64,000 bases of DNA from Eledone cirrhosa (Eukaryota). The DNA lies in assembly GCA_964016885.1 (NCBI GenBank), contig OZ024743.1, forward strand, positions 166,842,001 to 166,906,000. Reading direction: 5' to 3'. A program made the translations under genes and the position numbers. Position 1 is the first letter of the stretch, and each line of letters begins with the position of its first letter. Below the pieces are notes generated by a model that ran no database searches, was not told the origin of the DNA, and saw only the letters and a program-made list of their open reading frames with translations. Shown here piece by piece: positions 1-11,269 of the stretch.

Positions 1-273
1 TTGTAATATATCAAATCAAAATTACATTATTAAATCTTATTCTTATTTTGTTTCTTGTAAATAATTTTTTTCAAAATATCAATTCAAAACTTTTGTGAAT
101 AGGCATCATATCTTGTCATTTACCTATGGTTTAAATTACATATAAATTGAAGGGAAAAGATTTTCAGCGGGGGTTTTCAGTGGGGGAACCCTTTGATTAA
201 AATGAAGCATAGTTATCCAAGTACCATGGGCAATGTAGTTTCAGAATATATATAACAAACAGACAGGAATACA

Positions 274-290
<17 letters not shown>
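1..290 (-). mobile_element. Possible 5' part of a non-autonomous Helitron-like repeat
   Basis: Minus strand reads (TA)n AAAGTTGTATTCCTGTCTGTTTG, similar in architecture to the Helitron 5' ends at 27396 and 34011. The other end is outside the window. Confidence 0.35.
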
Positions 291-315
<25 letters not shown>

Positions 316-318
<3 letters not shown>

Positions 319-915
319 TTCCGACCTCACACGCTTACACCTCTCCAAGACAATGTCACTGGACCGAGACCTTTGGCGGTACTCAGTAATAGAGAAGACC
401 CGCCTTACCTAAATACAAAGTAAAAACCTACTACAGTCAGTAGGCATCTCTATCAAAACACCGCCCCGTCCCACCACCTCCACCCCATCCACACCGCCCC
501 TTTCAATGTACAGTTATGTTGGTCCCACAACATCCAGGCCGAAACAAATGAGATCGTGTAGGTGTCACGACAAAAAACACACAGTCCACGCTGTAAATGT
601 GGCCGTGTAGGCAACACGGTAAAAACCTCCCAGCCCCACACTGTAAATGTGGTTGGTGTTAGGAAGGGCATCCAGCTGTAGTAAACCCGCCAGACAGTCC
701 ACGCTGTAATGTGGCCGTGTAGGCAACACGGTAAAAACCTCCCAGCCCCACACTGTAAATGTGGTTGGTGTTAGGAAGGGCATCCAACTGTAGAAAACCC
801 GCCAGACAGTCCTATGCGAGCAAGACAACCACTCTTGCCTCAAGTGGGAAAACCCCCGTCCAAACCCATGCAAGCGTGGAACACGGACGCTAAACCTGAT
901 GATGATGATGATGAT
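316..915 (+). mobile_element. RTE LINE 3' end (ORF2 tail, long modular 3' UTR, (GAT)n tail)
   Basis: Near-identical to 36405-36548 (+) and 52395-52990 (-). Contains an internally duplicated ~110-bp module and ends aaacccatgcaagcgtggaacacggacg...(gat)n. Confidence 0.85.
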
Positions 916-1012
916 AGTAATAATAATAAATGTGAAGACTAAAATCCAAAGAGGGCTCGATAAGGATAAATATATATCAAATATATAAGAACCCTAGAGC
1001 AAATATTTATTA

Positions 1013-1080
1013 AAAGAAGATCCCGTTAAGGGTGAAAGCAGCGATTCTTTGTTTAAATTTTTATCTGTTATTTTAATAAA
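1013..1080 (+). ncRNA. 5'-truncated copy of hammerhead-like motif, family B
   Basis: AGAAGA TCCC gttaa GGGT GAAA GCA gcgattctt TGT TT AAA; same sequence as 27786-27836 and 46815-46865. Confidence 0.4.
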
Positions 1081-1673
1081 TATATATATATATACACATA
1101 TATCTATTAATGAGTGTATGTTCTTTTGAATAATTTTCAAATAGGCTTTGTAGCTGGTAAACCCAACCCTAACAGGACACAACTCTAGCTGGGATCTCGG
1201 AAGCTAATAAATAGTGTTTTATAACTCATGTGGTGACTACTGCCTTCAACTCTGGTCGAGACTTTCTGTAAAATTCTTAATTTCGAAAATATTTGACTTT
1301 CTGCTAAAATTCTTAATTTCGAAAATCGATTGAAAATATTTAGGTCATGACTTAATTTCGAAAATTCATTATAATTGTGTGTGTATGTGTATATGCAAAT
1401 GTATACAATTATATGTATAAGTATATAAATATAATTACACATACACACACATAGCTGTGAGAATGAGTGTGTTGAAAAAATGTTTTTTCGTTGTAGCGAC
1501 GAAATTTGGCTGCTTGGGTTTCAATTTTCGTTCGTTGTAAGGAATTTTGTTATTAGGCGATTCTTTTATCGTTGTTTTAATAAGCTTGTGGCCAGGGATT
1601 GAAAAAATTTTGTTATAATGGTATTGGTTATAACAGAATTTTACCTGTATAAATATATATACACACACACACG

Positions 1674-1850
1674 CACATGAAGGTCAGCTGAAAAGTTCAT
1701 GGAATGACCAAATGAGGTTTATTTTTCAACATAATCCCTGGAAAGAAACAATGCAGTTATTAAGAAGAGTTCAAATAAATGCATGCACAATTTCACAGTT
1801 CTAGCATCACTCCTTCATAGTCAGCCTATGAACATTTCAGCCTAATGTGT
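1674..1850. mobile_element. Degenerate mariner-derived MITE
   Basis: Imperfect inverted ends gctgaaaagttcatggaatgac ... gtcagcctatgaacatttcagc, in a TA-rich context, with no ORF. Confidence 0.55.
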
Positions 1851-3449
1851 ATATATATATACACACACATACATATATCCTTTTCAACCTTTGCTACTAG
1901 GGAAAATAAAAATGAAACAAGGATTGATTTGTACCATTTTTTATTTTTATTTTTTCATCTTTATGTAATTCACCAAAAGACACAACTAATCTGGTGTCTC
2001 TGTGTTTTGTTGTGTCCCAATGAGCATTGGATTGAACAGTAACAACCTTAATTAACTGAAACTATAGTAATTTCCAGAGGTTGACTGAAAAGAAGAAACT
2101 GTTTTTTTCCATTGACATTGTCTTCTGCCTTTATATATGTATATATACCATCATCATCGGCATCATTTAACATCCATTTTCCCTACTAGTAAGGGTTAAC
2201 ATGTCACATTCCACTGAATACTAAAGCAGAGCTTGTGACCTAGCATACGATCCTGTGGTCTAACCAATTGCATTTTACCATGCCCCCAACACTAGTGGAG
2301 TTTGATGGTTATTTTTCAGCCAAGTTTACAAAATGAAGAGAACATATTCTTCACAAGTTCACTGTAGATATCAGCCTGATATCTAGACAGTACTATTTAG
2401 AAACAAGAAATGAATATAACAGTTTATGTGTATTCTTCCACAGCTAAAATGACTCTTTCATGAAGTAATTGTTTATATATATACATACATGGGCTATTCA
2501 TATATAATTATAAAAGGATAGTGTCTTGACAGAATTAGTAGAGCAACAGACAATATGTCTTAAGGCTTTTTGTTGAGCAATTTTACATACTGAGTTCAAA
2601 TCCCACGTCTTCTTTTTTTACTGTGTAGTTATGGCTAGAAAGGTAGTGCCCATGACCCTTTTCAGTGCCTTTAAGATTTGTGGGGAAAAGGAGGAAGGCA
2701 TCATCAAACAAGAGATTTGACCTGAATCTTTGCATCAAAGTAAACTCTATTAAAGGTACCTAAAGGCAAGATAATGGTGTTAAATTGGACAACAGATTAT
2801 GTCTACCACCCAAGTAAGCTACTATAGGATTTGAATTCAATATACAAAGAGCCAGGATGATATAAGCATAGGGAGGATGGCCCCCACCTGCAAGTATGCT
2901 CTTGATTCCATAACCCCACCTTCATACACCCTAAATCTGAAGAAGCAGAGAGAGGTAGAACAACATTCAGGTCCTTGACTGCCAGTTTACTCTCGATTTC
3001 ACACTTCCACTCCCTTGTCCAACCCATGCAAGCATGGAAAGTTAATACAAACTTTTTCTGATTCCCCTTCCCTGCACAACCCACCCCCACATCCTTGACT
3101 CACTTTTCCTATCCAATCTAGGCCAACACGAAAAACTAGGATATGTGTCAAATCACAACCTCTTACTTCAAGGAATCACCACCACCTGACACTTCTACCA
3201 TGAGGAGATATCACTCCCTCCCACCTAGCAAGTTGCATATAGCCTGCAGTGAGGCAGGCATATCCCACAATATGTCAGATATCATCTAATTGTTCCAAAG
3301 CGACCCCTATGATCTGGTACTTCCTCTTTAACAAGATATTTGTTTCAGTATCCCTCTGCCCTGCTCCACAAATACCATATAACCTGCACCCCTTTTATTT
3401 ATATATCTCCCATTCCTATTAATACCTCCCTAGCCTGACCAACCTAACA

Positions 3450-4090
3450 GTGTAATGAGGTAGTCTTGGTGCCACAATGAAAAGCACCCAGTCCACTTTG
3501 TAAGGTGGTAGTACTGGTGCCATGATGAAAAGCATCCAGTTCACCCAATAAGGTGGTAGTGCCAGAGTCATGATAAAATATTCCCAGGACAGGTTGTAAA
3601 GGAGTTGGTATTAAGAAGGGCATCATGCCATAGAAACCATGATCCTAATACACGATGTAAAGTGGTTAACACTAGAAAGGACATTCAGCTGTAGAAATCA
3701 AGCTAAAAACAGGGTGTACCAGCAGGATGTTTCCCGAACAGTCTAGCCCCAGTATGTAATAGCCCATCTATGCAAGCATGGAAAATAGACATTAAACAGT
3801 GTTGATGATGAGATATATATATAATGTGAGCTTTAATATATATAAGTGAATTATTTGTGTGCTTGCGTAAGTTGTGTCCACACTGTAAGCTGGTAGTGCT
3901 GGAGTCACAAAATGTTCCCAGTATATGCTGTAAAGTTGTTGATATTAGGAAGTTGTTGATATATAGTAACCAAGCCAAAAATGGAACATATAAGCAAAAT
4001 GTGGTCACCTAACCAGTCTAGATTCACGTGACAACTCATTTAACCTATGTAAGCATGGAAAATAGATGTTAAATGATGATGATGATGATA
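3450..4090 (+). mobile_element. Two degenerate RTE-tailed SINE fragments
   Basis: Repeated aaaagcacccagtccact...gtaaagtgg and aagggcatc...tagaaacc modules, with aagcatggaaaatagacattaaa(tga)n tails at ~3775 and ~4050. Confidence 0.6.
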
Positions 4091-4237
4091 TATAAACATA
4101 CATATCATGATGATCTTCATTTTAATATCTGCTTTCCATGTTGGCATGAGTTGTATATACAAACATACACACAAATGTGTGTATATATACACACAAACAC
4201 GTATATAAATATATATATATATATACATGCACACAAA

Positions 4238-4279
<42 letters not shown>

Positions 4280-4427
4280 AGAGAGAGAGAGAGAGAGAGA
4301 CAGAGACAGAGAGAGAGGGGGAAAGAGAGACAGAGAGCGAGGGAAAGATATATGCACTCATATTCAAACATACAATACATACATTCATACACACACATAC
4401 AAATTATAATAAAAAGACAAAATGAAG

Positions 4428-4906
4428 TTAAACTTCTATGTTATTTTCTCTCTGAACAAAAGGTTCTTTATGATATCCTGTTCCTGAAGAATCTTCAGTG
4501 TTTGTCACATTTAGATCAGTTTGTTCTGCCTCAAGTTCTTCGGTTGAGCTAACTGCCAAAGTTTCAGTTCTTTCATAACCTTCGAAATTCATTGCTGTTG
4601 ATCCGATGCTGGCTTCATAGAAATTGTTCATGCTCCAATTATACGATTGGTGTCGCTGTGAACCAGTGAACTGTGAGGACTCGAGATCTGCAATGCTGTT
4701 GGCATCACCTGTGTCGCTGTAAACAAACTGCTGATAGTTTGACGCACTCTGTTCACCAGATGACTGGATATCTGCTGCCATGTATTTCGAGTCTTTTGCA
4801 GCGCTGCCAGAAGTGGATGAAGATGGAGATTTTTCTTGCAAAAGAGGGGTCCGTTCGCTCTTCTTGACTGAGCTGATGCCACGCAGAGTACGACCAACGC
4901 CACCAC
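4428..4906 (-). CDS. TMEM184C: TMEM184C terminal coding exon (cytosolic C-terminal tail)
   Basis: Acceptor ...tttcttcaaaAG at 4908-4907, phase 1, joins the exon at 18812 to give HVRVVG-GGVGRTLRGISSVKKSERTPLLQEK...IEV* (TAA 4430-4428). This resembles vertebrate TMEM184C QVRHVGRTVRG...EHTSLL and has an acidic-dileucine ERTPLL motif. Confidence 0.85.
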
Positions 4907-5049
4907 CTTTTGAAGAAACAGACTAAAATTACTATTATTATTATTATTAGCATCATAAATAAAGTACCAGTAATGCACTGGGTAATTGCTGGCTTTGTGC
5001 CTAAAGTAGAAACAATTATTATTAGCATCATCATGTTTTATAATAATTT

Positions 5050-5222
5050 TATATTTATTTCGTGTTTTATCAAATGAATATGCTCTTGCCCTTATTTTTA
5101 TATAATTTTGTTTGCCCAGCTCCACAAGTATTGTAACCCTTATGTCTATTATATTCTGTCTACTGTATTCTATGTGCAAGCCTTTGTGACTAATAAAGAA
5201 ATCATCATCATTATCATTATTA
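5050..5222 (+). mobile_element. 5'-truncated L1/Tx1 3' end
   Basis: Ends cctttgtgactaataaagaaatcatcatcattatcattatt, homologous to the 3' end of the Tx1 element at 10972-11015. Confidence 0.6.
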
Positions 5223-5542
5223 GGACAGAGATTTGTAAAGTCATTTGAGTTCCAGTATAGCCAACACCACCTCCTAAATTATTATTATTATTATTGTGCC
5301 TAAATCAGAAACAATTATTATTATTATTATTATTATTGGTCTGTTCGGACGTCTTTTTGGCTCGCTCCCAGTAAGTCGCTTTATTTGCCTGTTAAAATTA
5401 TTTGTTGTTAAATATTTCTTGTTGTGTAAGGGATATAAGCCCTTCAACTTTGCCCTGTGAAGGGGAAAGTATAATATTTGGGCCTTTTGGCCCAAATATT
5501 TGAACTTTTTTACATGTTAAAAAATTTACGGAGAAAAAAAAC

Positions 5543-7370
5543 ATGGCTGAGCCACGCCCCCCCAGCGATATGTCTGCTGTCATGCGACAACGACGTAGAA
5601 GTTGAGAGGAGCGCTACAGCGAAATTAACACACATTGATAACACAAACACCACCACAAACAAAGTAAACAAAGACACCAATGATACCAATAAGAACTCTA
5701 ATTTTGAAATATATGACAGTAACAGCGACAACAAAAATACAGATAACAAAAAAAAAAATAACAAATGCAATAACAATATCAACACCACTAACATGAAAAC
5801 AAATAGCGACAACACCAACAGCAATAATACCAACTGCACCGAGAACAACGGTGGCAACAAAGACAACAATGATAACAGCGACAGTGCTAACAACAACACC
5901 AACAAGAACAACGACAACAACACCCCCAACGAAAATAAGAAGAACAGTTTCACTGCGGCAGCAGCAAAAAAGAGGCCATGCTTCAACATGGACCTCTCAA
6001 ACAAAGATGAAAAGTTGGCCCAGGCATGGAAGCTCATCAAGCAAGAGCAAACCTGGGCCAACTTAACTGTTCCGGTAGAAGCTATTGAGGCAGTGGAGCG
6101 CAGAACGGTGCATTATAGATGCATCTGAGCACAAACCAAAAGGGCAGCTTTAATCCCACAAGAAGATGTCGACGTCGCGCTAAGGTGCATCAGAGAAGAC
6201 ACCGAATACATAGAGAGGGGCAGACAGTACGGCACCATTTCGGTGCTGTTCAAGTCAGAAGCCCTCGCTATGAAACACGCTATGACTCCTTGCAAAACCA
6301 GCAAGGTCATAATGTACCCCTCCCACATGGGAAAAAGAATGGCCCGTCTCCGCATTCCCAGAATCCCACCAGGACTTGACATGTGGTGGCTTCTGGGATG
6401 TGTGATTGTGGAGGGGAGGGATACCATCCCTACAGAAGTGATCAGAATGGCCAGAGAGGACTGGTCCGGGGTTGACCTGGAGATTCTTCTCCAGATCACA
6501 ATCCCAGACAATCTCAGACCACATCCGCCTTCAGAATGTGACGGTCATTCACATTATGACCGAAGGCAAAGGCCGCAGTGTTTTGTTTGTGGGGAAAAAA
6601 CCCATTTGCGAGCCTTCTGCCCTCAACTGCTGAAAGAGGCAAGGGGTCGAAAGGCTCCACTACTGCCGACGCCGGGGCGAGGACCACAACCAACACCAGC
6701 ACCGGCAAAACCACCAACAACAACACCAATAGAAAAACCACCACCAACATTGACCACCCAGGGGGGAAACGAGGAAAGCTGTCAAATTCCCCCTCCCCCC
6801 CAAAATACAAACACCAATAAAACCATAAACATACATACAGACACACTTACAGACACAGACCCTTCATCTACCAGTAGTGAGGATGAGGGAAAACCAAAAT
6901 CCCCCAAAATACAAAAAAGGAAACAAAAAGAAAAAAAAAAACTCAACAAAGCACAAAATCACACACAATAAAAAATGCAGACACCACCCACGCAAACATC
7001 TCTCCAATAACACCAACATCAACACCATCACCACCACAACCACGCAAACAAATAAAATCACACCAACAAAACATACAAAACTTCGTGCTCGTCAGGAGGG
7101 CCAACAAGGATGGTCCTCGTAGCACGAAGTGAAAATATACAAAAAGAGGGGGAAATTTTTAAATTGAGCACATTTCGCGTGCCGGAAGATTTGGTTCTGG
7201 TGCGAATATCGATCGATTCATTCAAAGAAATACGAGACAGCTTTCCTCGGGACGTGGGAACCCCGAACGTAAAACCCACTTCAAGACTTTTAAAGGGGTT
7301 CCTAAAAGAAACCCCACCAACTATGGAGGTCGAACAACCCGACCTTCACAAGAGCCCGGAAGGTAAGTAA
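5543..7370 (+). pseudogene. Tx1 ORF1 (gag-like; Asn-rich, CCHC knuckle, Pro/Thr/Lys-rich linker)
   Basis: CFVCGEKTHLRAFC zinc knuckle; interrupted by stops and frameshifts. Confidence 0.8.
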
Positions 7371-7401
7371 ACCTTCCTCTCTCTCTGTTTAACCTGCCAA
7401 C

Positions 7402-10400
7402 ATGGCCGTATTAAGAGTAGGATGTTTAAATGTTTGAGGCCTGGGATCGTCCTGGAAGCAGGGTCACCTGCTCAACGACCTCAGAAATGGATGTAATTGC
7501 CGTCAGCGAGACCAGGATTTCCGACACGCGCACACTAGCATCTGTTAGCCGGCCGGGAATGGGAGGTGGGGTGGCAGTGCTGTTTAGGAAAGGCCTGGAT
7601 CTCGAGGTAAGGTCGATCTTCCGGGACCGGGACCCGGACGGGAAGTTGGTGGTCCTGGACATGAACAATAACGAAGGTGGTGCCTTTAGACTGGTGGCCG
7701 TCTATGCTCCTATTGGGGCAGGACGGCCGGACTTCTTTAGACGCCTGGAAGCCTTTCTGGGTACATCTCGCCCTTTACTGTTAGTGGGGGACTGGAACTG
7801 CATCTTAGACGCACGCTGGGACTGTGTGGGAGTATCCGATAGGAGCGGGGGGTGCAAAAGCCTCAAGAACCTGATCAGCCAGTTCCAACTGTCTGACAGG
7901 GACCGACTAGATTTCCCTAATGCGCCAGTGTGGGCCTGGGCTAACCGCATAGGGTCATCTAGATCGTATATAGACAGGATATTCATTAGGAAAATAGACA
8001 GAAATAGAGTAAGCTGTCCACGTTTTGAAACGGTCGCCTATTCAGATCACAAGTTTGTGATCTGTATGGTCGACCTAGATAAGACGTGTAGGTTAGGACC
8101 TGGTTACTGGAAGCTAAACATGTCATTTCCGGCACGTAAGGCTTACAGGGACCAGGTCAACAATTTAGTTAAGAAAAAGTTGACAGGGGTAGTCGTCAAC
8201 AATAGATGGTGGGGGGGCTCGCAAAAGAGAGATTAGAGTAATGTCGATAGAGTTTAGCAAAGAAGTAGCGTTAGAGAAAAATAGAAAGGAGGGGGAGTTG
8301 GTAGATAAGTTAGACGAGGCTATTGGTAGAGGCATTGCAACTGACGTGCTAGTGGCGAGAATGGCAATAGACCATTTCTTCAATGCGAAACACGAAGGTT
8401 GCATTGTCAGAGGCGCAGCATGGTAATAAAACCACGATTCGGTCTTTGATGGACCGAGATGGACACGAGCTGAGCGATTCCAAGCGGATGTGTGAGGCCT
8501 TTCGCCAACATTTTGCTCGGTTGTTCGGGGGAAGTGGCGGGTCAGAGATGGTGGCGGACTTCAGTCCCTACCTCGATGGCTTGCCACAACTCTCGACAGT
8601 TGATGCTGGGCAGTGCGAAAGGCCAATTACTTCAGCCGAGATTCAGGATGCCCTTGTCGGCTGCATGAGGCGCAAGTCACCCGGTTTGGATGGTCTGCCC
8701 TACGAGCTTTACGTAAATATGCCAGACTTGTTCTCCAATCTCCTTGAAGCCCTCTACTGCAACTGGCAGCAAAACTGGAGTATTCCCAGTTCTGTGAGCC
8801 GGGGCGTAGTGACGCTGATAAGAAAAGACGAGAACAAGAGGGACACATTAGACAATTTCAGGCCCATAACTCTGCTTAACACAAAGTTTAAGATTTTGGC
8901 CAGGGTGTTAGCGAAGAGGTTGGCGCTTGTTGTCGGGATTTGGTTGGGGAGGCGCAAACTTGCGCAATCCCAACCAGGTCCATACACGATAACCTCTACC
9001 TAATGCGATACATCATAGAGAGGGTAGGGTGTAAACCTGGCTTCGGTGGGGCTCTGATCAATTTAGATCAATCGAAAGCATTCGATAGGGTCGACCATCG
9101 GTACCTGGAGGCTATCCTCAAGGCGGCTGGCTTCGGCCCCGTCTTCAGAAGCTGGATCACTGCAATGCACAGCGGCATCTGCTCGGTGGTCAAAGTTAAT
9201 GGCCACCTCTCGGAACCGTTTCAGATCTCCCGATCGGTCCGTCAAGGGTTCACTCTCTCTTTATGTACGTATTGACTCTCGAGCCTTTACTGCGGAAGCT
9301 GGAGCTGTTGCAGGGCATCCCGCTCGAACCGGGATGCGGAAAGGCTCTGTCGGCTTATGCGGACGACATCACCGTGATGGTGTTGGACACCTCAGAAATC
9401 GAAGTGGTCGGCAACTTATTGGAGGAATATGAAAGGTTGACGGGAGCAAAACTTAACCTGGAAAAGACGGTGGGCTTGCAACTCGGCACCTGGAGAGGCA
9501 AGTCCATGCCGTCCAACAACGTCATTAGGCGCTGGACGGACGGACCGGTAAAGTTGCTAGGGGTTTGGTCAGACCTCCAGGTGGATAAGAATTGGGACGA
9601 GGTGACGGGCAGGGTAGCCAGTCTCAGCCAGAAATGGGCTGGGATGAAGCTATCACTGAAAGGTCGGGCGGAGGTGGCGAACGCGTACATCGCATCCGTC
9701 ATCTACTACCGTCTGACCGTCGTCCCTTACCCCCGTTCGCGCCTCGCCATCTTGGAGCGGCTCCTCTTCAAATTCTTGTGGAGGGGTCAGGTTCCGCTGG
9801 TGAGGCGGTCCATCTGCTGCCAGCACCCTCTACGTGGAGGGCTGGGCATGCCGTGGCTAATGATGCGCAGGCACGCGCTGAGGCTGCGGCATCTCCAGAT
9901 ATTCTGCCTAAACGGTGAACAGGTGTGGTCGCCGTTTGTCAGATGGGCCTTTCCGCAGCTCGTTTCTTTGACTGAGCTGCAGTCCTGGGTCAAGAAGAGA
10001 CCGAGACTGGGTGACTGGCATCTGGAATATTGCCAGGCACTCACTGCCCTCTACCAGGCAGGCAATGCGGTCAGTGGAACTTCCACTCTCGAGTTCTATA
10101 GAGGATTAGTGGTGGGCAAGTGCGACGACGCACTCGGAGAGGCTCTGGAAGTCAACGAAGTCGAACTAACCAGTCTGTACCAGAGGACTTTCGAGCCGGG
10201 GACGATGCATAATTTCCAAAAATCCCTCGCATGGCAGTGCTACCGGGGGGCACTGCCGGTTCAAGATAAACTCTACAGGCATGGAAGTGCTGTCAGACGG
10301 ACCTGCCCGAGATGCGCGCAGAGCGACGAAACCGTTCTGCACGCACTCGTCCAGTGTCCGTGCATTACTGACTTGTGGAGTTATGTTGAACAGCTGTTGT

Positions 10401-10734
10401 GGCGTGTAGAACGGATCCGGTTATCGGCCGAGTCCATAGTGAAGATCGACCCACCGCCTTCTTTTGGCGAGGAAGGGCAGGCAATTTTCCTCTGTCTGGT
10501 GGCAGTAGCGAAAGAGGTTGTATGGTGGACGAGGTTGAAAGGACTGAAGACAGACACTTTTTTCTTCAGCAAATCCCTCATCAACTTTTTCAAGTTTCAC
10601 TTGGAAAAAAAGGTGAGGGTGGAGAAAGAAGTGCTGCCCCCCCCCCCCCCCCCCCCAGTACATTTGCTGAAAGGTGGGTGAATGTGGCGAGAATGGCCCG
10701 TGTGAGTGGGCCTACTCTGGTCATGCGGCTGTAG
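7402..10734 (+). pseudogene. Tx1 ORF2 (APE-RT-zinc finger)
   Basis: Motifs DVIAVSETR, GDWN, YSDH, KSPGLDGLP, FRPITLLN, LDQSKAFDRV, SAYADDI and CPRC...HALVQC; several frameshifts. Confidence 0.93.
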
Positions 10735-11039
10735 GTAAATTTGAGGAGGAGAGGGGTGCCCTTCCCGGGTGCTCTCGAAGCGTCGGATCGTTCAGGATTG
10801 GTGGGGTACCTGAGCGAACCCTGGGTGGTCATCCCTCCTATTGGGGAATTTTTTCTTGTTGTAATTTTCTTGTTACTTTATTGTTACTTTGTTATTGTTA
10901 TTCATATTGTTTACTCGATTTTTCTGTAAAAACCCACTGTCCCAGTCTTTTGTATTGTCCCCTATATGTCGGCCCTTGTGACCAATAAATGAAATCATTA
11001 TTATTATTATTATTGGATTGGCAGCCAAACACCAGGCTT

Positions 11040-11225
11040 TGCAGCATAGTTATGATCCATTACATTCTGAGTTCAAATCCCACCAAGGTTAACTTTGCCT
11101 TTTACCCTTACAAGGTCGATAAAATAAAGTACCAGCAATGCACTGGAGTTGATAATCGACTTTCACCTCCCCCAAAATTGAGGCCTTGTGCCTAAACTAG
11201 AAACAATTATTATTATTATTATTAG
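11040..11225 (+). mobile_element. tRNA-derived SINE with Meta-like domain and (ATT)n tail
   Basis: B-box gagttcaaatccc, then aactttgccttt...gtcgataaaataaagtaccag, ending ttgtgcctaaactagaaacaattattatt. Related copies at ~4950-5025, 11690-12770 and 25365-25520. Confidence 0.7.
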
Positions 11226-11269
11226 TAGTAGTAGTAGTAGCAGTAGTAGGATGAGGAGGAGGGGGGAGA

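Larger units (their letters stand above)
5338..11016 (+). mobile_element. Near full-length L1/Tx1-clade LINE (inactivated)
   Basis: ORF1 with a CCHC knuckle, ORF2 with APE, RT and a C-terminal zinc finger, AATAAA and an (ATT)n tail. (ATT)nGG lies at both junctions. Confidence 0.92.

Noticed and set aside
895-915. CTGATGA occurrences in (GAT)n tails and coding remnants
   Set aside because: There is no downstream GAAA and no helices; these are chance matches.
1980-2386. Two possible small plus-strand exons (TQLIWCLCVLLCPNEHWIE / QVYKMKRTYSS...)
   Set aside because: The splice sites are weak and there is no recognisable homology; it may be TMEM184C 3' UTR or intergenic.
4040-4552. ORFs rich in [12 protein letters not shown] (also at 13.3, 31.4, 36.6, 46.1, 51.7 and 63 kb)
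   Set aside because: They are translations of dinucleotide microsatellites, not genes.
4880-4906. GGVGRT resembling a tyrosine-phosphatase P-loop
   Set aside because: There is no HC upstream, and it is explained by the TMEM184C VGRT segment.
5510-6061. Very hydrophobic 183-aa minus-strand ORF resembling a membrane protein
   Set aside because: It is the antisense of the (AAC)-rich Tx1 ORF1 region.
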